The position numbers and the translations under genes are program-made. From positions 192,001-256,000 of the forward strand of contig CAWGMA010000003.1 in NCBI GenBank assembly GCA_963823555.1: DNA of 64,000 nt, given 5' to 3'. This DNA comes from Candidatus Eiseniibacteriota bacterium. Lineage in GTDB: Bacteria > Eisenbacteria > RBG-16-71-46 > CAVPCR01. How positions within the stretch are numbered: position 1 is the stretch's first letter; each line of letters begins with the position of its first letter. Below the pieces are notes generated by a model. That model had not been told where the DNA came from and did not search any database. It saw only the letters and a program-made list of their open reading frames with translations. Below, in pieces: positions 36,592-46,415 of this stretch.

Positions 36592-38529
36592 ATGACGTCC
36601 AAGACCGCGGCTTCCGGCACTCCGGGAGCAGCCGGGCGTTCCCCCGGAGGGGAGTCCACCCCTCGCGGCGGCGCTCCCGCACCCCGGCGCACCAAGTCAT
36701 TCCTCGATGCCGTCCAGAACTCGATCGTCGTGTCCGACGGCGCCATGGGCACCATGCTCTATGCGCGGGGCATCTTCCTGAATCGCTGCTTCGACGAGCT
36801 CAACCTCACGAGCCCGGCGCTCATCGCCGAGATCCACAAGCAGTATCTCGACGCCGGCGCCGAGGTGCTCACCACCAATACCTTCGGCGCAAACCGATAC
36901 AAGCTGCAGCCCCACGGGCTCGAGGACAAGGTCCAGGAGCTCAATCAGCGGGGGGCCGCCATCGCCCGCCAGGTGGCGGGTGACTCAGCCTGGGTCGCCG
37001 GCTCGGTGGGACCCGTGGGCGGCCAGCTGCATCCGCTCGGTCCGCTCGATCCTCCGGAGGTCGAGGCCGCGTTCCGGGAGCAGATCCTGGGTCTCGCCGC
37101 GGGCGGGGCGGACCTGATCGTTCTCGAGACATTCCATGCCCTACCCGAGATGGGGGCCGCGCTCCGGGCCGCACGGGGGGCAGCCGAGCTACCGGTCATC
37201 GCCAGCTTCTCCTTCGACCACAACCGGCTGACCAACATCGGGGTCTCCCCCGAGGAGGCGGCCGCCTTCGCCGAGATCGAGGGCGCCGACGTGATCGGCG
37301 TCAACTGCTCGACCGGTCCCAACGACGTGCTCGAGGTCGTCGAGCGCATGGTGCGGATCACCAAGAAGCCGATCGCGGTGCAGCCCAACGCCGGCCTGCC
37401 GCGCGAGGTGCAGAACCGGCTCATCTTCCTCGCCACGCCGGAGTACCTCGCCGAGTACGCTCGCCGATTCATCCAGTCCGGGGCGAGCATGGTGGGCGGG
37501 TGCTGCGGCACCACCCCCGAGCACATCAAGCAGATGCGAGTCTTCGTGCGCCAGCTGGTGCCGATGAAGGCGGCCACGCGTCAGATCGAGGTGGTCGAGG
37601 AAGCCCCGCATCCGATGCGCAAGCAGAAGCCTCCCGCGGAGAAGACGCCGCTGGGGGCCAAGCTCGGGAAGACGTTCGTGGTCTCGGTGGAGATCGATCC
37701 GCCGCGCGGCACCGACCCGACCAAGGCGGTCGAGGGGGCGATGATGCTGCGCGGTGAAGGGATCGATGCCATCAACATCGCCGACGGCCCCCGGGCCTCG
37801 GCGCGCATGAGTCCGCTGGCCCTCGCTGTGCTCATGATGAACCAGGGAGTGGAGACGATCGTCCACTTCTGCTGCCGCGACCGGAACCTCCTCAGCATGC
37901 AGGCGGATCTCATCGGCTTGAATGCGATCGGGCTGCGCAACGTCCTCATCGTCACCGGCGATCCGCCCAAGATGGGTGACTATCCCGACGCCACGGCGGT
38001 CTTCGACGTCGACTCGATCGGCCTCACGCGCTTTGCCAGCCGCCTGAACGTCGGGCTCGACATGGCGGGAAACGAAGTCGGCGAGCCGACCTCATTGCTC
38101 CTCGGCGTGGGCGCCAACCCGGGAGCCATCGATCTCGACACCGAGGTGCAGCGTTTCAAGCTCAAGCTCGAGGCGGGCGCCGAGTACTGCCTCACCCAGC
38201 CGGTCTATGACGTCCGGTTCCTCGAGGAGTTCCTGCGGCGGGCGCGCCCGGTGCCGATCCCGGTCCTGGTCGGGATCCTGCCGCTCTCGAGCTATCGCAA
38301 CGCCGAGTTCCTCCACAACGAGGTGCCGGGAATGGCGATTCCGGCGTCGATCCGCGAGCGCATGAAGCGGGCGAGCGACGCCTCCAAGGAAGCGGCGCAG
38401 GCCGAAGGCATCGCCATCGCGCGCGAGGCTCTGGCCGCCGCCAAGGAGTTTCCCGAGATCCAGGGCTGCTACATCATGCCGCCCTTCGGACGCTACTCGA
38501 CCGCGCTCGAGGTCCTCGAAGCGATCTAG
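36592..38529 (+). CDS. Bifunctional homocysteine S-methyltransferase / 5,10-methylenetetrahydrofolate reductase (YitJ-type)
   Basis: DGAMGT, TTNTFGAN, GVNC and GGCCGTTPEHI, followed by an MTHFR domain (CRDRN, TGDPPK.GDYP, TQPVYD, HNEVPG). Confidence 0.93.
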   Translation: MTSKTAASGTPGAAGRSPGGESTPRGGAPAPRRTKSFLDAVQNSIVVSDGAMGTMLYARGIFLNRCFDELNLTSPALIAEIHKQYLDAGAEVLTTNTFGANRYKLQPHGLEDKVQELNQRGAAIARQVAGDSAWVAGSVGPVGGQLHPLGPLDPPEVEAAFREQILGLAAGGADLIVLETFHALPEMGAALRAARGAAELPVIASFSFDHNRLTNIGVSPEEAAAFAEIEGADVIGVNCSTGPNDVLEVVERMVRITKKPIAVQPNAGLPREVQNRLIFLATPEYLAEYARRFIQSGASMVGGCCGTTPEHIKQMRVFVRQLVPMKAATRQIEVVEEAPHPMRKQKPPAEKTPLGAKLGKTFVVSVEIDPPRGTDPTKAVEGAMMLRGEGIDAINIADGPRASARMSPLALAVLMMNQGVETIVHFCCRDRNLLSMQADLIGLNAIGLRNVLIVTGDPPKMGDYPDATAVFDVDSIGLTRFASRLNVGLDMAGNEVGEPTSLLLGVGANPGAIDLDTEVQRFKLKLEAGAEYCLTQPVYDVRFLEEFLRRARPVPIPVLVGILPLSSYRNAEFLHNEVPGMAIPASIRERMKRASDASKEAAQAEGIAIAREALAAAKEFPEIQGCYIMPPFGRYSTALEVLEAI

Positions 38530-38781
38530 TGACGGAGGAATTTCGCCGTGTCGCTACCGCCGGGAAAGCGTCTCGGCCTCGCGGCCGGGGTTGTTTCCTA
38601 AGTCTCATCCAGGCTTGCGCATAGCCGGATCTGAGGCCCGGGTGGATCAGCTGCAAGACCCGACCGGCCGTCGCCGGGCCTGCGCGAGGGATCCGAAGCG
38701 GAGCGCGTGGGGTCCCGGGCGTGCTACCGTCTGGCCCATCGGGCCGCTTCGGAAATCGCCGCTTGCCGGGAGGCTCTCGCC

Positions 38782-40248
38782 ATGGCGATCAAGACCTACG
38801 CCGACTACCTCGCCTCGCTCCGGGCCATGCGCCCGAACATCTACAAGTTCGACGAGCTCATCACCGACGTCACCACGCATCCCGCCACACGTCGCACGGT
38901 CGAGGGCCACGGCTGGACCTTCAAGGCCGCCGCCGATCCCGAGCTGCGACCGCTCGTCACCGCGACTTCGCATCTCACGGGCGAACCCATCAGTCGCTAC
39001 CTCTCCATCCTTCGCTCGCCGGAAGACATGTACGCCAATTCACGTATGAAACGGCTCATGTTCCATCTCACGGGCACCTGTACCGGAGGGCGCTGTGCCG
39101 GCTGGAACGCGCTCAACGCGATGTTCATCACCACCTGGGAGATGGATCGCGATCTCGGAACGGGCTATCACGAACGTCTGCTCCGGTGGCTTCGTGAGGC
39201 ACAGAGCCTCGATATCACGATCTCCGGAGCGCTCACCGATGCCAAGGGGGATCGCACCAAGACTCCCTCGCAGCAGGAGGATCCCGATCTCTTCCTCAGG
39301 ATCGTCGAGCGGCGCGACGACGGCATCGTGGTGCGAGGCGCCAAGCTCATGATCTGCGGGGTGGCCGCCGCCAACGAGATCTTCGTCCTGCCCGGGAGCG
39401 CCTACGGCGAGGCGGAGGCCGACTACGCGGTGTCTTTCGTCATTCCCCGCGACAGCGAGGGGCTCACCATCGTCGAGACCCGCCATCCCAGCGATGGCCG
39501 CGACTACGAGGAGGGCTTCGATAACCCGGTCTGCGAAGGCGGCATCACCCAGGCCTTTCTTCTCTTCGAGGACGTGTTCGTGCCGCGCGAACGCATCTTC
39601 ATGTGTGGAGAGGTGAGTCACACCAAGACGGCCGTGATGAGCTTCATCGGTCCCTACCGCGCCGCGATCGGAGGCTGTGTCGCCGGGCAGGGCGACGTCA
39701 AGATCGGGTCCGCGATCCTCACCGCGAGGGCCAACGGGCTCTCGGCCAAGGTCTTCACGGATAAGGTGGTCCAGATGCACATCAACAACGAGACCACCTT
39801 CGGCATGGGCATCGCGGCGGCGGCGATGGGACGGCCCCATCCCTCCGGAGCATGGCAGTGCGATCAGCTCCTCTCGAACGTCAACAAGGTGCACGTGGCC
39901 ACCTTGCCCTATCAGACGTCGGTGCTGGCGCAGGACATCGCCGGCGGCATCGCGGAAACGGGATGTATGCCGTCGGCCAAGGACTTCGCCTCGACCCGCT
40001 ACGGTCATTTGATCCAGAAGTACATGAAGGCCCGGGCGAGCGGCGAGGCGCGGGCGAGAGCGGCACGGCTCGTCGAGTGGTGCACGATCGGCGGCGGGGT
40101 GCCGGGATGCATGCACGGCGGGGGTTCTCCCGATGGGGCGAAGCTCATGATTCGCACCCTCGCCCACCTCGAGGACAAGGTCGAGATCGCCCGTCGTCTG
40201 GCCCGCATCGAGGAGGAGATCCCCGATCCGGCGCCCGCCCGGCGCTAG
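38782..40248 (+). CDS. 4-hydroxybutyryl-CoA dehydratase (AbfD) / HpaB-family flavoprotein, divergent
   Basis: GGAGG RBS. C-x4-C motif (TCTGGRC), TDAKGDR, DGIVVRGAK, VFVPRERIF, DIAGG and MHGGGSP. Confidence 0.8.
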   Translation: MAIKTYADYLASLRAMRPNIYKFDELITDVTTHPATRRTVEGHGWTFKAAADPELRPLVTATSHLTGEPISRYLSILRSPEDMYANSRMKRLMFHLTGTCTGGRCAGWNALNAMFITTWEMDRDLGTGYHERLLRWLREAQSLDITISGALTDAKGDRTKTPSQQEDPDLFLRIVERRDDGIVVRGAKLMICGVAAANEIFVLPGSAYGEAEADYAVSFVIPRDSEGLTIVETRHPSDGRDYEEGFDNPVCEGGITQAFLLFEDVFVPRERIFMCGEVSHTKTAVMSFIGPYRAAIGGCVAGQGDVKIGSAILTARANGLSAKVFTDKVVQMHINNETTFGMGIAAAAMGRPHPSGAWQCDQLLSNVNKVHVATLPYQTSVLAQDIAGGIAETGCMPSAKDFASTRYGHLIQKYMKARASGEARARAARLVEWCTIGGGVPGCMHGGGSPDGAKLMIRTLAHLEDKVEIARRLARIEEEIPDPAPARR

Positions 40249-40273
40249 GCCGCGCGGCAGGGCGACCGGGCTG

Positions 40274-40301
40274 CCCCGGCGGCCGGCACCGGCCGCCGGG
40301 G
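40274..40301. terminator. GC-rich hairpin between convergent genes
   Basis: CCCCGGCGGCCGG-CA-CCGGCCGCCGGGG. Confidence 0.5.
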
Positions 40302-40314
40302 ACATCACGCTCGG

Positions 40315-42134
40315 CTATTCGAGCAGCACCATCGCCTGCGAGGTGCTGCCGTTTCTCGACTCGAGCCGGCAGTAGTACACACCCGAGGCCAGTGACTGGC
40401 CCCTCTCGTCGCGCCCATCCCAGGTCACGCTCTCGATGCCGTTGCCGGCGGCGCCGGAGAAGAGCGTCCGCACGAAGCGGCCGTCGATGTCGTAGACCGC
40501 GAGGCGCACGGTCTCGCCGGCGGCCTCGAAGCGGATGGTCGTGGCCGGGTTGAACGGATTGGGCGAGCTCGGGTAGAGGCGGAGGGCCGAGCTTGCCGCG
40601 GGCGCCCCGCTATCCACCATCGCGACGATGTCCTCGCACTCATCGGGAATGCCGTTCTGGTTCGTGTCCGGGCTCGTGCCGAGCTGGATGTCGAGCGTGT
40701 CGGGAACGCTGTTCACGTTGCAGTCGTAGTCACCGATCCGCGTGTAGTAGACGTCCTGCTCGCCGTTGAAGGTGGCCGCCCAGGCCAGGCTTGGCGCCCA
40801 CGTCATCCGAGATCATGTGGTAGTAGTCGCCGATCTTGTTCTGCTGGGGCCAGCCGAGGAAGCTGTCCCAGTACTCGCTCACCCGCTCGTTCGGCCGACC
40901 AGGTCGCGCCGCCGTCGGTCGAGAACGAGTAGTAGAGCGCAGAGTCAGTTGACGACTCCGGTGTCCCGGGTGTCGTTCCAGACGGCATCGATGCGACCGT
41001 TCGGCGCCACCGACATCGTGGCGAACCACTGCCAGTTGTTGGGTGCGCTCGGGTCGTCGTTGACGCGGACCCACGGGCCCAAGGTGACGCCGCCGTCGGT
41101 CGAGCGCGCGAAATGGACGTCGAGGGGATCGGTGCCGGCGGGGTTCGACCGACGCCAGGACGTAGACCCAGCCGCCGGTGGGACCATCCGAGTGATCGAC
41201 GGCGATCCAGAACTGGCCCAGGAGCCCGCCCGGGTTGGGGCCGGTCGAGAAGCCGAGATTGCCGCCCATGTCGACATCGGCCAGCTGGAAGGTGGGCGAG
41301 GATCCGCGAGTTCTGCGCGTTGGTCGAGCGGGCGACGTAGAACGGGGAGCCGAAGTCGCTCCCCGAGATGTAGAGCGTGCCGTTCGGGCGCCACGTCGAG
41401 CGTGCCCCAGACCGGCGTGTTGGGGATCGTCACCGGCGTCTGGAAGCTCTGCCCGCCGTCGGTCGAGCGGGTGAAGATATTGCTCCCGCAGCAGCTCCCC
41501 GCCGTGCTCCAGCTCTGATAGAGGTAGCCCGATCCCGATGCCATCGGTGCGATCGATGGTGATCCACTGCTTGTCGCCGCCGAAGGCGGCCACCGGCGAG
41601 CCCCAGGTCATCCCGTTGTCGGTCGAGCGGAAGAGATCGACAAGAAAGGTCTGCTGGAGGCTCGAGTAGTAGAAGACGCCGTCCTTGTCGAAGGTGAGCA
41701 CCGGATCGCTGCGGAAGACGTCCGGGTCGAGCACGCCGGGGAAGGTCCAGGTCCGCCCGCCGTCGGTCGTGTAGGCCCAGCCGGCCTGGCGGAAGTTCGA
41801 GCTCACGGTGTCGAACTGCCGCCAGCCGATCGCCATCTTGTTGGGTTCGAGCGGGTTCACCGCGATCGACGGCTCGTTGGCGGCGTCGCCCTGGATGTTG
41901 GCGCCGACCAGGCTCGACGTTGACCTGATGCGCGGTGTACTGGCGGAAGCGGACGGGCTCGGCCGGGGGCGCCAGCGGATCGGGCCGGGCGGGGATGCCC
42001 GGCGGGTCGTCGAGGACCTCGGGCGCCGGCCGGGGGAGACTCGGGTCGGCTGCTGCCCGGGGCGGCGATGACAGCGAGAGGATGCCGAAGAGGGCGCAGG
42101 CGATCAGGATCAGAGGTCGGTTTCGCTCGGGCAT
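40315..42134 (-). pseudogene. Secreted BNR/Asp-box (sialidase-like) beta-propeller protein with FlgD-Ig CTD, broken by 8 frameshifts (probable sequencing errors)
   Basis: Signal peptide, repeated S/T-T-D-x-G-x-T/S-W/F Asp boxes, and a CTD. Coherent protein segments cycle through the three minus frames. Confidence 0.8.
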
Positions 42135-42252
42135 GATGTCTCCGTTCGAGGCCCAGGGGAAGGTTGAGCGTCAGGCGCGCGAGTCGCGAGGACAGCGTGG
42201 CGGCACGCCCTCCATTGTAGCTGATCGGCGGCCGCTCGGCCCGGGCGGGTCC

Positions 42253-43032
42253 TCAGCCCGAGAAGAGCGCCTCCTCGTAGCGGGCGACGGGGGCGAAGCC
42301 GAGGCGTTCATAGCAGCCGATGGCGGTCGCGTGGTCCGCCTTGACGTTGAGGCCTATGAGATCGGTTGACGCGAGGAGCGCCTGGACGAGCCGCGCGGTG
42401 GTCCCGGTGGCGAGACCGCGGCCGCGCCGATCCGGGCGGGTGGTGATGTTGCCGAGCGCCGCCACCCGGTAGCGCGCCGAGTAGACATGCACGCCGGCGA
42501 CGCTCACGAGCTCGCCTCGCTCCCGGATCCCGAAGTAGTAGCCGGTTTCGAGCATGCGCGGATCGAACCAGTGGCCAGGATAGCTCGCCTCGTAGAGCGC
42601 TTCGAGGGCGTCGCGGTCGCGGGCCGTCAGCTGCCCGGCGGTGCTGCCATCGGTGGCGCGGGCCCGGGCGGGATCGGTGAGCGCCATCTTGAGATGGGTG
42701 CCGCGGGCATCGACTCGTCTCCCCGGTGTCAGTCGGGAGGCGAGATCCCCACTCAGGTGCGAGTAGAAGCGCGGCGGCAGATCGGGCGCGAGAGCGGTGA
42801 GCAGGCTCGCCATCGGTCCTGGGTCGCGGTCGAGCGCGAGCAGAACGGGCAGGTCGCTGCCGGTGTAGAGGAGCGCCACGGCGGTGAGCAGGTTCCCGTC
42901 GCGGAGTCCGTACCAGGTGGTGTGCGGCCAGAAGAAGTCGTCGAGATCGCCGATCTCGTAGAGATGGAGGAACGCGTCGCGGCGCAGGTAGGTCTCGATC
43001 TCGGATCGTGAAGTCAGACGCTCGGCACGCAC
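42253..43032 (-). CDS. GNAT-family N-acetyltransferase
   Basis: C-terminal GNITTRPDRRGRGLA and LNVKADHATAIGCYERLGF. Confidence 0.88.
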   Translation of the reverse strand: MRAERLTSRSEIETYLRRDAFLHLYEIGDLDDFFWPHTTWYGLRDGNLLTAVALLYTGSDLPVLLALDRDPGPMASLLTALAPDLPPRFYSHLSGDLASRLTPGRRVDARGTHLKMALTDPARARATDGSTAGQLTARDRDALEALYEASYPGHWFDPRMLETGYYFGIRERGELVSVAGVHVYSARYRVAALGNITTRPDRRGRGLATGTTARLVQALLASTDLIGLNVKADHATAIGCYERLGFAPVARYEEALFSG

Positions 43033-43060
43033 GAGGTCGCTCGATGGCGCTCGTGATGGA

Positions 43061-43927
43061 CTAGGACTCGGGTCCGTAGTCCCGTGAGTGCGGCTGATGG
43101 AGGGCCTGAGCCAGCGCTTCCCCGTTCGCTGCGGACTCTCCCGGCAGCGGGGGGGGCGTCTCCATCACGCGCGAGCCGCCGGCTTCTGGCGCGCGGTGCA
43201 CGTGAGGCATGCGTGGAGTCGGCGTCTCCTCACGGGCTGCCGTCCCGCGGTGGCGGGCTCCCAGATCCGGATAGCGCAGATGGATGACCTCCTCGACGAG
43301 CCGCACGCGCTCCTGCATGGAGAGGCTGGCCACGGTGATGTAGGGAACCGCATACATCTCGAGCAGGAGCTTCACCATGCCATCGATGAGGACGACGTCC
43401 TCCCAGCGCAGCGCGGCGCGGATGCCGTCGGTCTGCACCAGATCGGGATGCGGCCGGACGAAGAAGACCAGGCCCCCGGCTACCCAGCGCATGTATTCCT
43501 CGAGCGCCGGATCGCGGAACAGCTCGTGCATGACGGTGCCGTGGTTGGCCGTGTAGGCGAGATTGCAGAAGGCGCGGTCGGATACGAAGGCGTCACCGGC
43601 ATCGCGCTCGGCTTCGATCTGGCGGCGAAAGACCTCGATCTGGTAGCGATTCACCTGGTCGAGATTCGAGCGCAGGCGATCGAGGCTGACCTCCATCTCG
43701 GCGAGGATCGAGCGGGCGACTTCGCTGATGAGCTTGAGCCCGTAGCGGTCGCGGACATAGCGAGCGAGCGTGGTCTTGCCGGTGGCATGGGCGCCGACGA
43801 AGTAGATGCGTAACGACCGGCGATCGCTCCCCCGGGAGTGGGTGAAGCCCGCACCGGGGCGAGAGGCAGGCTCGGACCATCCGGATCTGGAATTGGGGTC
43901 ATGCGGTCCGGTGGGACGTGTCGCCAT
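43061..43927 (-). CDS. P-loop nucleotide-kinase-like AAA ATPase (NadR/AAA_28-like)
   Basis: GGAGG RBS before ATG 43927. Walker A GAHATGKTT, EVAR, SDR and DGIR. Confidence 0.78.
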   Translation of the reverse strand: MATRPTGPHDPNSRSGWSEPASRPGAGFTHSRGSDRRSLRIYFVGAHATGKTTLARYVRDRYGLKLISEVARSILAEMEVSLDRLRSNLDQVNRYQIEVFRRQIEAERDAGDAFVSDRAFCNLAYTANHGTVMHELFRDPALEEYMRWVAGGLVFFVRPHPDLVQTDGIRAALRWEDVVLIDGMVKLLLEMYAVPYITVASLSMQERVRLVEEVIHLRYPDLGARHRGTAAREETPTPRMPHVHRAPEAGGSRVMETPPPLPGESAANGEALAQALHQPHSRDYGPES

Positions 43928-44129
43928 AGAGCAAACCTCCTCTGGCCGGCGCAGCGCTCCGCTTCGCGGCGCCGGGGCCCGACATCCTAGCACGGGGCCC
44001 CCAGATCGTTCCGGCCCTCTTCGCGCCGCGGTCCGCGCCCGCCCCGGGCGCAGCCGCCGCGGGGAAAGGCGGGAAAAATGTCGGGGAAGCGTCGGGCGAC
44101 CTTCCGTTCCTGAGAAGATGAGAGCGATC

Positions 44130-44341
44130 GAGGCCGAGGTCCGGTTCCAGGCCATCCTCCTCCCCGGACCTCCGGCCTCAGGCGGCCTCCAGTCGGGGCC
44201 GGTGTCGTCTCTCCAGGGAAGCCGGATCCGGTGCGGGTGATTGGGGGAGCCCAGCCGGGTTCTGCGAGCTCGTGGCCTCGGGTTTCGGACCCAGCCAGCC
44301 ATCCTCGGAGCGAGCGCCCGGGAGAGACGACGCCGGCCCCG
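44130..44341. other. Two long inverted repeats in an intergenic region; candidate structured ncRNA or miniature element
   Basis: 15-bp IR at 44130-44179 and a 21-bp IR at 44194-44214/44321-44341 with one mismatch. Confidence 0.45.
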
Positions 44342-44420
44342 GCCTATTTCTGCCTGCCTTCATGACTTACGGCCGCCTTTCGCCGTCACTCGGGCCCGCC
44401 ACCCGTCCCGCGCGGTGCTC

Positions 44421-44450
44421 TTGACAGCTGTTCGATCCCATTCCTAGACT
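44421..44450 (+). promoter_or_regulatory. Sigma70 promoter of the GldA/F/G-like operon
   Basis: TTGACA-N18-TAGACT. Confidence 0.7.
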
Positions 44451-44665
44451 CTCTGCCTGTTTTCCGGACACTGCGCGCTCGTCCCCGGAGGCCGGGAAAG
44501 CATCGCTGGCGTCCCGCTCAACCGGGATGTTCCGGCGAGGCTCTTTCATTCGCGGTCGCGAATCCCTCGACTGGCGATGTCCCGAACCGGTGCTCGAGGC
44601 GGGTCACGGCCCGCCCACCGGGTCGAATGCCTCCGACTCGGGCGCGCGCTTCCCAACTGAAAGCC

Positions 44666-45640
44666 ATGATTCAAGTCAAGAGTCTGAGCAAGCGGTTCGG
44701 GCCGACCATCGCCGTCGAGAACGTGAGCTTCGATGTTCAGCGCCGGGAAGTGGTCGGCTTCCTCGGGCCGAACGGCGCCGGCAAGACGACCACCATGCGC
44801 ATGCTCACGTGTTACTTGCCTCCCGACGCCGGGTCGGCCGAGGTGGCGGGCTTCGACGTCATGCGGCAACCCCTGGATGTGCGGCGAAGGATCGGATACC
44901 TGCCGGAGAGCGCCCCGCTCTACGCCGAGATGGGAGTCCTCGACTACCTCGAGTTCATCGCCGAGGTGCGGGGACTCGCCGGCCCGCGCCGGCGCCAGCG
45001 CATCCAGGACATGATCGGCATCTGCGGGCTGGAGCGCGTCGTCAAGAAGGACATCGGCGAGCTGTCGAAGGGATATCGCCAGCGTGTCGGCCTGGCCCAG
45101 ACCCTGATCCACGATCCCGATGTGCTGATCCTCGATGAGCCGACCTCGGGACTCGACCCGAAGCAGATCATCGAGATCCGCGAGCTCATCAAGGAGATCG
45201 GACGGGAGAAGACCGTCATCCTCTCCACGCACATCCTCCCCGAGGTCAACGCCACCTGCAACCGCGTGATCATCATCCACAACGGGCAGATCGTCGCTGA
45301 CGGCGCTCCCGACGAGCTCGGGGAGCGGGCTCGGGGTGGTGATCGCTTCTTCGTCACGCTGCGTGGTCCGGCGGAGGACATCTCGGCCCGCCTCGCCGAG
45401 GTGCCCGGCGTGCACGCCTTGCGTGCCGTCGGCCGGCCCGCTGGAGATCGCGTCCGCTTCGAAGTCAAGGCGGCGCACGAGGACGACGTGGCCGAACGCA
45501 TCTTCCAGGTCGCGGTCGACCATCGGTGGCCACTGAGCGAGCTTGCGCCGGAGGCATCGTCTCTCGAAGACGTCTTCATCCGGCTCACGCAGTCGGAACC
45601 GGGAACGGGGCCGGGTGCAGCTGGCACGGGCTCTGGATAG
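44666..45640 (+). CDS. ABC-2 transporter ATP-binding protein (GldA-like)
   Basis: GPNGAGKTT, LSKGYRQRVGLAQ, LDEPTSGLDP and STHIL. Confidence 0.92.
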   Translation: MIQVKSLSKRFGPTIAVENVSFDVQRREVVGFLGPNGAGKTTTMRMLTCYLPPDAGSAEVAGFDVMRQPLDVRRRIGYLPESAPLYAEMGVLDYLEFIAEVRGLAGPRRRQRIQDMIGICGLERVVKKDIGELSKGYRQRVGLAQTLIHDPDVLILDEPTSGLDPKQIIEIRELIKEIGREKTVILSTHILPEVNATCNRVIIIHNGQIVADGAPDELGERARGGDRFFVTLRGPAEDISARLAEVPGVHALRAVGRPAGDRVRFEVKAAHEDDVAERIFQVAVDHRWPLSELAPEASSLEDVFIRLTQSEPGTGPGAAGTGSG

Positions 45641-45655
45641 CCGCGAAAGAACCAG

Positions 45656-46369
45656 ATGAAAACGATCCTTGCCATCTTCAAGCGCGAGTTCAAGAGCTAC
45701 TTCCGCTCGCCCATCGCTTACATCTTCATCAGCGCCTTCCTGATCGTGTCGGGGTGGTTCTTCTACCAGACCTTCTTCGTGATCGATTACGCGTCGATGC
45801 GGAACTACTTTGACATCTTGCCCTGGCTTTTCCTCTTCTTCGTGCCCGTGGTCACCATGCGCCTGTGGGCCGAGGAGCGGAAGATCGGCACGATGGAAGT
45901 GCTCATGACATTGCCGGTGCGCGACCATGAGGCCGTGCTCGGCAAGTACCTGGCGGGTCTTGCGTTTCTTGCCGTCGGCCTCGCGCTCACCCTTCCCATC
46001 CCGCTCACCGTGGCCCGGTTCGGCGATCCCGATGTGGGCGTCATCGTGGCCGGTTACGTCGGCGGCATGCTGATGGGAGCGGCCTATCTGGCGATCGGGA
46101 TCTTCGTCTCGAGCATGAGCTCGAACCAGATCGTGGCCGCCATCGTGGGCTGGGTGGTCTGTTTCATCCTCTTCTTCATCGGCAACGATCTGGTGCTCTT
46201 CAATGCCCCCAAGGCGGTGGTTCCGTTCTTCGACTATCTGGGGCTCGGCAACCACTTCGAGTCGATCGGGCGGGGCGTGCTGGATTCGCGTGATCTGATC
46301 TACTACGGGTCCGTGATCGCGTTCTTCCTCTTTCTGAATGTCCGCGTGATCGAGGCGCGGAAGGCATAG
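45656..46369 (+). CDS. ABC-2 transporter permease (GldF-like)
   Basis: RE..SYF.SPIAY, TMRLWAEERK.GT.E.L.TLP and GVLDSRDLIY. Six TM helices. Confidence 0.9.
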   Translation: MKTILAIFKREFKSYFRSPIAYIFISAFLIVSGWFFYQTFFVIDYASMRNYFDILPWLFLFFVPVVTMRLWAEERKIGTMEVLMTLPVRDHEAVLGKYLAGLAFLAVGLALTLPIPLTVARFGDPDVGVIVAGYVGGMLMGAAYLAIGIFVSSMSSNQIVAAIVGWVVCFILFFIGNDLVLFNAPKAVVPFFDYLGLGNHFESIGRGVLDSRDLIYYGSVIAFFLFLNVRVIEARKA

Positions 46370-46415
46370 CCGCGCCGGGCGCGGTGAATGGTGGAATGGC
46401 TATGAGGTCGATGTC

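Noticed and set aside
38530..38781. 250-bp intergenic region as a possible ncRNA
   Set aside because: Only short GC stems and a probable extended -10 (TGCTACCGT). No convincing structure.
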